In this document: in pieces, positions 25,601 to 33,437 of the stretch
How the letters are laid out: each line of letters starts with the position of its first letter
Numbering within the stretch: the stretch's first letter is position 1
Origin: Candidatus Micrarchaeia archaeon
GTDB lineage: Archaea > Micrarchaeota > Micrarchaeia > Anstonellales > Bilamarchaeaceae
Reading direction: 5' to 3'
Assembly: GCA_033853355.1 (NCBI GenBank)
Contig: JAWOLP010000022.1
Span: forward strand, 1-56,722
Length of the DNA: 56,722 nt
Notes under the pieces: model-generated
What the model saw: only the letters and a program-made list of their open reading frames with translations
Told to the model about the DNA's origin: nothing
Database searches by the model: none
Position numbers and translations under genes: made by a program

Positions 25601-26821
25601 TTATTGGATGAACTCGACCCTGGCGGTGTCGCGGTCGTAGAGGGCCAGCGTGATGGTCTCGCCGTGCCCCGAGAGCGTATCGATCTCGGCGGAGCTCTGG
25701 AGGAGCTTCCTCCGCACCGCCCTGAGGATCTCGATGTCCGTGTCGAGTATCACGATGTGGCGGCTGCCATCCGCCTTCCCGACGCCCGACACGTGGCCGC
25801 CGTCGAGGAATCCGGCGTACCTCAGGGAACCGACCGCCGAGAGGGAAAGGGAGTTGCCGTTGGACGCCGTCCTGAAGTCTTCGGTGACGCAGAAGATCTC
25901 GTTCGGGCTCGAGTCGAATATCTGGCGGGGGCCGTTCACGCGTCCGAGCCGGTAAGGGTCATAGAAGACGATCGCGTGGGAATACTGATGCTGGGGGGTG
26001 ATGCCGTTCGCCATCGAGTACTGCCAGGTCATCCGGTTCACGTCCCGGAATTCCTTGTAGTATCCGTCGGGATTCGATTGCTCCCTGGAGACCCATTCCA
26101 GCTCGAACTTGCCGTCCTTCCAGCCCCTCCAGTTCTCGAAAAGCGGATGGACCTCGCAGTCATTGTCGGCAGAATCCAGGATGGCCAGCGCGTTGACCGC
26201 CTGGCTCCTCGCGTTCCATCTGGAGCGCATGTCCTGCATCTCTTCCCTGGTCTTGGCCTGGCGCCCTTCCCCCGGAGCGTCCTCTCCTATCGTCGCTATG
26301 GCATGCGTCATCGAATCGACGATGTGGTCGATCTGGGGATCGTTGACCCTCTCGCCTTTCACATGGTACGTATGCGCCGTCGCCTCGCCGCCGCATTCCG
26401 CATGCGTGGCGATATAGCCCCGCCCCCGGGGGGAATCGAGGGCCTTGAATGCCCCGCCATGCCGCACGACGGAGCCTGCGGTCCGCTCGTGTATCATGGC
26501 GAAGGCGAGCAGGTTCACGAGGTTGAAAATCGCCGACCGGGCGTCGACGCACTGCTTCACGGCCACGTCGTACTGGCCGGGGAGCCTGTGCTCGAGCGGC
26601 CCGAACCTGTCGGTGAAATCCCGGACCACCGAGACGACGCGCTCGTTGCCGATGAGCAGCGCTTTCTGGGACAGCTCGATCGGGATCGGCTGCCTGTTCC
26701 TCATGGCGCCGTAAACGTCCTCTATCAGAGGCCTTTCCGGGTGGGCCCGGTAGTAGTCGCTCTTCCTCTCATAAAACGTCCTTTTGACCTCTGCGAGGTA
26801 CATCTTTTTCGGGTCTGCCAT
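25601..26821 (-). CDS. Duplicated beta-carbonic-anhydrase-fold protein, paralogue A (divergent)
   Basis: 406 aa. QCVDAR (CxDxR), then ATHAECGG (HxxC) 49 aa later. The second half (IFDSSPNEIFCVTED...HIVILDTDIE) parallels the second domain of paralogue B and lacks the Cys ligands. Confidence 0.7.
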   Translation of the reverse strand: MADPKKMYLAEVKRTFYERKSDYYRAHPERPLIEDVYGAMRNRQPIPIELSQKALLIGNERVVSVVRDFTDRFGPLEHRLPGQYDVAVKQCVDARSAIFNLVNLLAFAMIHERTAGSVVRHGGAFKALDSPRGRGYIATHAECGGEATAHTYHVKGERVNDPQIDHIVDSMTHAIATIGEDAPGEGRQAKTREEMQDMRSRWNARSQAVNALAILDSADNDCEVHPLFENWRGWKDGKFELEWVSREQSNPDGYYKEFRDVNRMTWQYSMANGITPQHQYSHAIVFYDPYRLGRVNGPRQIFDSSPNEIFCVTEDFRTASNGNSLSLSAVGSLRYAGFLDGGHVSGVGKADGSRHIVILDTDIEILRAVRRKLLQSSAEIDTLSGHGETITLALYDRDTARVEFIQ

Positions 26822-26854
26822 ATCATCTACCTGGTGTGCCGTAGCAGGGCCAAA

Positions 26855-26870
26855 CCCAGCGCGCGCTGGG
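26855..26870. promoter_or_regulatory. Perfect 16-nt palindrome in the 5' region of paralogue A
   Basis: CCCAGCGCGCGCTGGG, 34-49 nt upstream of ATG 26821. Either an operator or a 5'-UTR hairpin. Confidence 0.4.
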
Positions 26871-26994
26871 GTCAGTCATGCTAAAGCAGTGTCACCGTAT
26901 TATTCCGTGTCCAAAAGTGTTTTTAATGATTTCGTTTTAATCATTTTTTTTTATTATTTCACACTAGTGATGGAAACACGGCCCAAGGCCTGAT

Positions 26995-27017
26995 TCCGAC
27001 GAGCGTCGGATTTTTTT
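26995..27017 (+). terminator. Hairpin plus T7 run (terminator-like) with no upstream plus-strand gene
   Basis: TCCGAC-GAGC-GTCGGA followed by TTTTTTT. Preceded by GGCC-CAA-GGCC and an AT-rich TATA-like tract (26936-26960). Could delimit a very short sRNA. Confidence 0.3.
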
Positions 27018-27021
27018 CCAC

Positions 27022-27037
27022 GTTCCCCGCGGGGAAC
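27022..27037. promoter_or_regulatory. Perfect 16-nt palindrome just upstream of the paralogue B promoter
   Basis: GTTCCCCGCGGGGAAC ends about 26 nt upstream of the TATA box GATTTAAAAC (27063-27072). The position is typical of an upstream regulator site. Confidence 0.45.
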
Positions 27038-27062
27038 GGGGAGGTGCAGGTGGATTGCTCAG

Positions 27063-27072
27063 GATTTAAAAC
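27063..27072 (+). promoter_or_regulatory. TATA box for paralogue B (leaderless)
   Basis: GATTTAAAAC centred about 26 nt upstream of ATG 27094. Confidence 0.6.
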
Positions 27073-27093
27073 ACGGCGGTAAGAGATACTGCC

Positions 27094-28293
27094 ATGTCAA
27101 ACAGGCTCCCGCAGGGGATGCGGCACGTGGCCGCGCTCCATCACGAAGAACATGAGAAAAGGCACGCCGTGTTCATGAGCTATCATGCCGCGGACCAGCA
27201 GGAGCGGATACAGAAGAAGATCCGGCAGCGCCTGATGCTCGACCCGATCGAGGCGGCCTACGCCCTGCAGGAGGGCAACAAGAAGCACGTCTCCCGCGTG
27301 GAGGAGTTCCAGGGGGATTATCCCGAGAAGATAAAGACGCTCATGCTCGTCTGCGCCGACGCGCGCATGGGCGGCATGTTCGAGTTCGACGATTTCGCGA
27401 AGAGGGGGATTGCCGCGGTGTACGTCGCCGGCAACGTGTCCGACTTCCTGCAGACCGCGGGCGTCAAGGAGATATTCAGGCGGATGGACAACGATTCCTC
27501 GATAGTCATCACGGGCCACGCCAAGTGCGGCGCGGTCCATTGCGCGGCCGAGAAGGGCCATTACGACCATCTCCGGAACATCGCCAAGCTCCTCCACCTG
27601 GTCGCCCCGACCGGCGAGATAGACAACGTGAAGGCGCAGGCGGAGGCGCTTGCCGGGAGCGATGAGTTCCGGAAGCTGTCGGAGAAGAAGAACGTCCATC
27701 TGGTGACGGCGTACGTGGACATCGCCCACCACACCCCGCACGTGAGGCTTGTGGAGGACGGGGCCACGAGGGAGCAGGATCGGGAGCTGATTGCAAGGCT
27801 CGACCGGAAGTTCCAGGAATCGAACGCCGGGGAGGACCTCGCGTCCCACCAGTTCGCGCACACGGTCGTGATATCGGGGCCGGCCCTGCCTTTCGACGCC
27901 CGGGAGATCTTCTCTGCCGGCTCGAACGAGATATTCTGCGTCTCGGCGGGCGATTACGGCGGCAAGCGGCACAAGGGCCAGCTTTCCGAGGCCGAAGTCG
28001 CTTCAGTGGAGATGGCCTCCCTGGGCATGCTGGACGAGAAGGCCGTCGCCTCGATCGAGTATTCGGTCGAGAAGAACAAGTCGCAGCACATACTCCTGCT
28101 CCACACCGACCTGGCGGTCATCGATGCCTGGGAGGCGCAGCTGATAAAGATGAGCGAGATAGTCTCGAACGCCCTAGTCGAGGGGAGGCTCGAGATAACG
28201 ACCGCTGTGTATGATTCGAGCACCGGGCGCGTCACCATGGTGCGCCATCTCGTCAACGAGGATGCGGCTGCCGCGATATCTTCGAGGACCTGA
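27094..28293 (+). CDS. Duplicated beta-carbonic-anhydrase-fold protein, paralogue B (best-conserved active site)
   Basis: 399 aa. LVCADAR...VYVAGNVS...IVITGHAKCGAVHCA, with C-to-H spacing of 55 aa and HxxC, as in canonical beta-CAs. The second domain (REIFSAGSNEIFCVSAGD...SIEYSVEKNKSQHILLLHTDL) keeps the beta-CA strand pattern but has non-ligand residues at the CxDxR positions. N-terminus is His-rich. Confidence 0.75.
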   Translation: MSNRLPQGMRHVAALHHEEHEKRHAVFMSYHAADQQERIQKKIRQRLMLDPIEAAYALQEGNKKHVSRVEEFQGDYPEKIKTLMLVCADARMGGMFEFDDFAKRGIAAVYVAGNVSDFLQTAGVKEIFRRMDNDSSIVITGHAKCGAVHCAAEKGHYDHLRNIAKLLHLVAPTGEIDNVKAQAEALAGSDEFRKLSEKKNVHLVTAYVDIAHHTPHVRLVEDGATREQDRELIARLDRKFQESNAGEDLASHQFAHTVVISGPALPFDAREIFSAGSNEIFCVSAGDYGGKRHKGQLSEAEVASVEMASLGMLDEKAVASIEYSVEKNKSQHILLLHTDLAVIDAWEAQLIKMSEIVSNALVEGRLEITTAVYDSSTGRVTMVRHLVNEDAAAAISSRT

Positions 28294-28324
28294 CAGGTCG
28301 GTGCGGAACCGGGATGACATCCCT

Positions 28325-29689
28325 TCAATCCAGCAGCGCAAGCACGGAGGGCTCCTTTATGCGCCGGTTGAGCACCGACTTGGGATCCCTCGGGAAATCC
28401 TTTATCGACTGGTGGATCATCTTCCGCAGGTCGGGCTCGACTGTGGACACGTATGAGTTTATCCCCTCGGCCTCCACCTCTGGCACCGTGAGCACGTGCA
28501 GATGGACCCCCAGATGCTGCACGATGGCGTTCATGATCGGGTCGTTCTTGACCTTCCTCCGGATGTTGTTCGCTTCGAGGACGTCCTTGCCCAGGAGGTA
28601 ATAGTCCCGGAGCCCCAGGGTTACCATCGAATAGCATATGCCCCCCAGCTTGTAGGGGCCGAAGCTGCTGAAGGGGTTCAGAACGTTGGAGCCGGTCGCC
28701 AGGAAAACGCTGCCTGCGACATCGTAGTTGCTCGACTCCTTCAGGTTGAGGTAGCGTATCAGCGTCTCCCTCGGGTTGGTTATGTCCGGCGCGCAGATGA
28801 GGCCGCAGACCGGCTTCTGCTTGCTGCTCCGGCGTATCCGTTCAGGATGGTTTTCCGGGAGGTTGTCCATCACATATCGCATGAGGCCTGCCATGTCGTC
28901 GAGTATCGTGTGGACGTGGAGGTTGTCGTCTATGCGTATCTTCAGGCCCGTCCTGTAATTGAGGATCCCGCAGTTGACGTGCACCGGTATGCGTTCCAGC
29001 TCGTTGTCCGCATCCAGGGCCGTCCTCAGGTAGCGCTTGGAGATCAGGGGCTGCTTGATGAGGTCTATGCTGGTGAGGAAATCGTCCGCGCTCTTCCCCT
29101 CATGCGCATACACGCTCTTGAGGAGGAGGAACAGGTCATCGTCGTTGTCCAACATGATCGTGCGTTCCTTCTTCGCGGTCTTGTCGAAGAAGGTGATCTC
29201 CGGCTTGATATTGTAGAGCATGGCCCGGATGGCTTTCCACGCCTCGTTGGAGTGGCTCATGCCGCAGTTGATCTCCGAGTCGGGGTCGATGACCTCCACC
29301 TCGGTTTCCGGGTTGTAGACCAGCTTGTTGACATCCGGCACCTTGATGTCGGCATGTCCTGAGATCTGCACGACCGTCCGGTGCAGGACGCCAGGCCCGG
29401 GATCCACCCGCACCTTCTCGCCGAATTCGGCCAGGCTGCTGTTGAGGCCGCCCTTGATGATGTCTTTCAGCTCGATGTAGGATTGCTTGTTCACGACCGA
29501 GCCGGCTATCGTGACCCGCGAGACGATGACCTTGACGCCACGGGCCGCGTATTCCAGGATCAGGCTGCGCAGTATCTGGTTCTCCACTGAGCCCCCGTCC
29601 CGCGCGTCTCCGCAGCGGACCTGGATCACATGCTGTATCTCATCCACCGGATAGTTCACATTGAAAGAAAGAGTCGTCCTAGTTCCCAT
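28325..29689 (-). CDS. Beta-carbonic-anhydrase-fold protein, paralogue C (CsoSCA-like spacing, large insertions)
   Basis: 454 aa. VRCGDAR (CxDxR)...RVTIAGSVV...QISGHAD...EINCGM, with His 86 aa after the first Cys and the second Cys 30 aa later. C-terminal half (VFLATGSNVLNP...DYYLLGKDV) is related to the degenerate domains of A and B. Lies 156 nt downstream of the NuoB-like gene on the same strand. Confidence 0.65.
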   Translation of the reverse strand: MGTRTTLSFNVNYPVDEIQHVIQVRCGDARDGGSVENQILRSLILEYAARGVKVIVSRVTIAGSVVNKQSYIELKDIIKGGLNSSLAEFGEKVRVDPGPGVLHRTVVQISGHADIKVPDVNKLVYNPETEVEVIDPDSEINCGMSHSNEAWKAIRAMLYNIKPEITFFDKTAKKERTIMLDNDDDLFLLLKSVYAHEGKSADDFLTSIDLIKQPLISKRYLRTALDADNELERIPVHVNCGILNYRTGLKIRIDDNLHVHTILDDMAGLMRYVMDNLPENHPERIRRSSKQKPVCGLICAPDITNPRETLIRYLNLKESSNYDVAGSVFLATGSNVLNPFSSFGPYKLGGICYSMVTLGLRDYYLLGKDVLEANNIRRKVKNDPIMNAIVQHLGVHLHVLTVPEVEAEGINSYVSTVEPDLRKMIHQSIKDFPRDPKSVLNRRIKEPSVLALLD

Positions 29690-29845
29690 GCTGGATCATC
29701 CCGCAAACTCGACCGGTCCGTATCCGGATATCGGTCGTCTCAGCAACGGCTGCTGGCACATAGAATCCCTATACATATGATAGGATTGGCAATAGTTAAA
29801 TAGATTTCGATAATCGGGGATTCCGATTGCCGGCAAATCCCGGCT

Positions 29846-30391
29846 TCACTTGCCCTTGCGCTTCTTGTCGATGGCCATGCCGGCCTTCAGTATGCCTGCG
29901 AGCAGCGCGTACGGCTCGGGCGGGTTGCCTGGGACTTTCACATCGACCGGGATGACATCCTCGACGCGGCCGGAGCCTGCGAGGGCGTAGCCGCCCTTGA
30001 ACGGCCAGCCGGTGCATGCCCCGTCGCCGGCCGCGACGACCGCGCGCGGCTCGGCCATCGCCTCATAGGTCTTGAGAAGGGCGTCGCGCATGTTCAGCGC
30101 GACCGGTCCCGTGGCGATGAGCACGTCTGCGTGGCGGGGCGAGGCGACGAAATGCACCCCGAAGCGCTCGGCATCGACGCGGGGCGCCATCATCAGCTGC
30201 TCCTCCAGCTCGACGTCATTGGGCGAGCCGCAGTCCACCATGCGGACATGGATGGAGCGCGAGAAGAGCGAGAGGGGCCTCTGCTTGAGCAGCAGGGCGA
30301 CTTCCCGCACCGCCGGATCCGGCGACTTTTCCGACACCTTGTCGGGATAGAAATCAAACACGAATTTCAGGGTCTCTAGCAGCATGTTCAT
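29846..30391 (-). CDS. NuoB/HyfI/HycG-like small subunit lacking most [4Fe-4S] ligands
   Basis: VASPRHADVLIATGPV and IPVDVKVPGNPPEP match the family. The cluster motifs read VDCGSPNDVELE (family: GSCNGCEIE), GDGACTG (Cys kept) and PGNPP (family: PGCPP). Confidence 0.85.
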   Translation of the reverse strand: MNMLLETLKFVFDFYPDKVSEKSPDPAVREVALLLKQRPLSLFSRSIHVRMVDCGSPNDVELEEQLMMAPRVDAERFGVHFVASPRHADVLIATGPVALNMRDALLKTYEAMAEPRAVVAAGDGACTGWPFKGGYALAGSGRVEDVIPVDVKVPGNPPEPYALLAGILKAGMAIDKKRKGK

Positions 30392-30394
30392 CCC

Positions 30395-31963
30395 TCACAG
30401 GTCGGTCCCGGCATAGGACATGTTGAAGCTCTTGTTTATGAGCGGGAAATCCGGCACGATATTGCCTTCCACGGCCTTCTCTATGCCGCGCCAGTCCCTG
30501 AAGGACGCGGTGCGGCAGGCGAGGCGCCTTATCCTCCCCTCGCCGGAGAGCTCCACGAGGAAAGCGCACCCTCCGCGGGGGGCCTCGGTCCAGCCGACGC
30601 CGGTGCGCAGCTCTGTGCCCGTCTGGGCCTTGATTTCGCAGCGGGTCTTGCCTTCCGGCAGGTTGGAGACGAGCCACTTGATGAGCCTGGCCGATTCCTT
30701 GACTTCGGCGAGCTTGACCAGGAACCTGGCGAGCACGTCGCCCGTCTTCTCGGTGCGCTCGCTGAAACCAGCTGCGGAGTATGCCGAGTAGGGCATGACC
30801 TTGCGAAGGTCGCAGCTCACCCCGGACGCCCTGGCGACCGGCCCGACGAGGGCAAGGTCCTTCGCGACGGCCTGGTTGACGCGGCCGGTCGAGAAGACCC
30901 GGTCGAGGTATGTCGAAGAGGTGAGGGTCATCCGCTCGACCCCGTCGAGCCTCTTCTCGAAGAGGGCCAGGGCCTCCTTTATCGCGGATATCTCCTTTGC
31001 GCCAAGGTCCTTCGAGACGCCGCCGACGGCGCACACGCCCCGGAGGAAGCGGTTGCCGCTCACCAGCCGGTTCAGCCTCATCATGTCCTCGCGGAGGACG
31101 GCGAACCTGGAGGCGGAGAGCGTGAATCCCACGTCGGTGGGCATGCCGCCCAGGTCCGAGAGGTGGCTGTATATCCTCTCCATCTCAAGGAGGACCGCGC
31201 GAATGTATTCGGCCCGTTCCGGGACCTTGAGCGAGAGGGCGCGTTCAACAGCATAGCAGTATGCGACCGAATTGGCGACCGACTCGTCGCCGGATATCTG
31301 CTCGACCGTAGGCAGGATGTCGGCGGGGGCCTTCCCCTCGACCGCGCTCTCGAGGCCGCGGTGCAGGTAGAACATCCTCACCTCCATCTTGTTGATCTTC
31401 TCGCCCACCACGTGGAACCTGAAGTGGCCTGGCTCTATTATGCCGGCATGCACCGGCCCGACGGCGATCTCGAACTCGCCCTCGACGCCGGTCCCCTTCA
31501 TCGGATAGGTCCGGCTCGCCTGCTTCGGCATGGGCTTGCCGCTCATCGGGTGGGACTGGGGCAGGATGCCCTCGGGATGGAAGAGGAGCGGCCTCTGGTC
31601 CGGGATGTCCTGGAGCTTGAGGCCGGTCAGGTCCTGCATCTTCCTCTCGTCCCACAACGCGGCGTTGGCCTTGGCCGACAAAGCGGCGAATTCCTTCCCC
31701 TGCGACTGGAGCACGAGCATCTTGCCGGAGTCCTGGAGCCTGAAGAGGTAATAGACCGTGAATCCCGCTTTCTCGCCCTGGGGGGAGATGAAAGCGGAGT
31801 CGAAGACCGCGCCGTTGCCCATGGATGCCTCGCATGCGGGGACCAGATCGCCAGGCTTCACTTTCGCCCAGATGCAGCCTCCGCGGTCTTCCCATCTCTC
31901 CATCGACCCGCTCCGCATGGATTTCTGGATGATACCCATGAACCGTTTGGCTTCGTCAACCAT
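30395..31963 (-). CDS. Fused NuoC-NuoD / HyfG/HycE-like large subunit lacking all NiFe cysteine ligands
   Basis: GPVHAGIIEPGHFRF and FYLHRGLE are typical of group-4 large subunits. The N-terminal motif reads EQISGDESVANSVAY instead of RxCGxCxxxH. The C-terminus reads NMSYAGTDL instead of DPCxxCxxR. Confidence 0.85.
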   Translation of the reverse strand: MVDEAKRFMGIIQKSMRSGSMERWEDRGGCIWAKVKPGDLVPACEASMGNGAVFDSAFISPQGEKAGFTVYYLFRLQDSGKMLVLQSQGKEFAALSAKANAALWDERKMQDLTGLKLQDIPDQRPLLFHPEGILPQSHPMSGKPMPKQASRTYPMKGTGVEGEFEIAVGPVHAGIIEPGHFRFHVVGEKINKMEVRMFYLHRGLESAVEGKAPADILPTVEQISGDESVANSVAYCYAVERALSLKVPERAEYIRAVLLEMERIYSHLSDLGGMPTDVGFTLSASRFAVLREDMMRLNRLVSGNRFLRGVCAVGGVSKDLGAKEISAIKEALALFEKRLDGVERMTLTSSTYLDRVFSTGRVNQAVAKDLALVGPVARASGVSCDLRKVMPYSAYSAAGFSERTEKTGDVLARFLVKLAEVKESARLIKWLVSNLPEGKTRCEIKAQTGTELRTGVGWTEAPRGGCAFLVELSGEGRIRRLACRTASFRDWRGIEKAVEGNIVPDFPLINKSFNMSYAGTDL

Positions 31964-31966
31964 GCG

Positions 31967-33433
31967 TCATGCACCTCTTATGGCCGCGGCCGCCATCTGG
32001 AGCAGCCGTATCAGCTCGCCTGGAGGCGTCAGCCCGAAGTATATCGCGATCAGCAGGAGGACAACGAAGGGGGCTATCATGCTCAGGGCTGGCTTGAAAT
32101 CCGTGGCGATGGCGGATTTCGACCCGAAGCTCATCTGCGATGTCCGGTAAAGGAGGCTCGCGAAGGTTATCGTCGTGAAGAGTATCAGCAGGAGGGCGGG
32201 GATGTACTGGCCGGATGAGAGGGAGGCGGCGAGGATCCCCAGCTCGGAATAGAATGTGCCGAAGGGCGGGCTCCCGGAGATGCCGACGGCTATGAAGACG
32301 AACGAGATCGCGACTATCGGGAGCACCTGCGCCGCCCCGCTTATGAGGCGTATCTCCTTGGTGTTGAAAGCCAGGGCGATCATGCCGCTCGCCAGGAATG
32401 CGAGGGGCTTGGCGAGCGAATGCGATATCATGTGGAAGAGGGCTGCGAACACGCCTATCGGACCCCCGACCCCGAGGGCGAGGACGACGATGCCCATGTT
32501 CTCGACGCTGGAGTAGGCGAGCATGCGCTTGAGGTTGTCCTGGAAATACAGCCGCAGGGCCCCGACGGCCAGCGATAGGAGGCCGAAGACGATGAGCAGG
32601 GTGGAGGCGAAGGAGATCAGCTGAGGGTAGGGGCTCAGCATCTGGTAGGCCCGCACGAGGCCGTAGAAGGCGATGTTGAGCAGGACCCCTGAGAGCAGGG
32701 CGCTGACCGGGGTGGGCGCCTGGCTGTGCGCGTCCGGCAGCCACACATGGAGCGGGACCAGGCCGATCTTCGTGCCGAAGCCGACGACTATGAACGCGAA
32801 GGCTATCTTGAGGAAGAAGAGGTTCGCGCCCGCGCGGGCGGTGAGCAGGCTGGGCCAGTCGCCGCCGGACGACGAGCCGGGCTGGAAGACCGCGTAGAGG
32901 AAGAACATGATGCCGACGAGAGCCAGCAGGATGCCGACCGAATTGATGATGAAGAACTTCCATGCCGCCTCGATCGAGTTGGATGTGTTGTAGAAGCTTA
33001 TGAGGAACACGGTCGCGAGCGTGGTGGCCTCGATGGAAGCCCACATGACGATGATGTTCGAGGCGAGCGTGGCCGCGAGCATCGAAGCTAGGAAGAACGA
33101 GAGGAGGCCATAGTACATGCCCAGCTGGCCCTCGGAGACGATCTTCTCCTCGACCTCGTGGCGGATGTAGCCCACCGAATACACGAACACGAAGAAGGCG
33201 ACCACGACCGTGAGGGACGTGAAGACCGCGGAGACCGAGTCCATGTAGAGGTAGCCGTAGAAGTCGACTACCGGGGCAGGCGACTGCATGAAGCCCCAGA
33301 GGGCCGCGAAGGCGAAGGCGGCAGCGGCCGCGGCGCCCGCGACGGCGACGATCTCGGAGAAGCGGGGGTGCTTCTGGGAGAGGAACGCGAGCAGGCCGGC
33401 GATGATCGGAGCGAGTATTATCAGTTCGAGCAT
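31967..33433 (-). CDS. NuoN/HyfF/MrpD-like antiporter-type subunit
   Basis: 488 aa, about 14 TM helices. Proton_antipo_M-type core (WASIEATTLATVFLI, PLHVWLPDAHSQAPTPVSALLSGVLLN). Confidence 0.85.
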   Translation of the reverse strand: MLELIILAPIIAGLLAFLSQKHPRFSEIVAVAGAAAAAAFAFAALWGFMQSPAPVVDFYGYLYMDSVSAVFTSLTVVVAFFVFVYSVGYIRHEVEEKIVSEGQLGMYYGLLSFFLASMLAATLASNIIVMWASIEATTLATVFLISFYNTSNSIEAAWKFFIINSVGILLALVGIMFFLYAVFQPGSSSGGDWPSLLTARAGANLFFLKIAFAFIVVGFGTKIGLVPLHVWLPDAHSQAPTPVSALLSGVLLNIAFYGLVRAYQMLSPYPQLISFASTLLIVFGLLSLAVGALRLYFQDNLKRMLAYSSVENMGIVVLALGVGGPIGVFAALFHMISHSLAKPLAFLASGMIALAFNTKEIRLISGAAQVLPIVAISFVFIAVGISGSPPFGTFYSELGILAASLSSGQYIPALLLILFTTITFASLLYRTSQMSFGSKSAIATDFKPALSMIAPFVVLLLIAIYFGLTPPGELIRLLQMAAAAIRGA

Positions 33434-33437
33434 TGTG

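Noticed and set aside
25604-26884. 426-aa plus-strand ORF
   Set aside because: It is fully antisense to CA-like paralogue A. It has R/G/P/V/A-rich composition typical of high-GC antisense frames, no promoter-like context and no motif.
30395-31963. Annotating the large subunit as a [NiFe] hydrogenase (HycE/HyfG)
   Set aside because: All four NiFe-binding cysteine positions are substituted, and the partner small subunit lacks three of its four cluster cysteines. I call it hydrogenase-related only.
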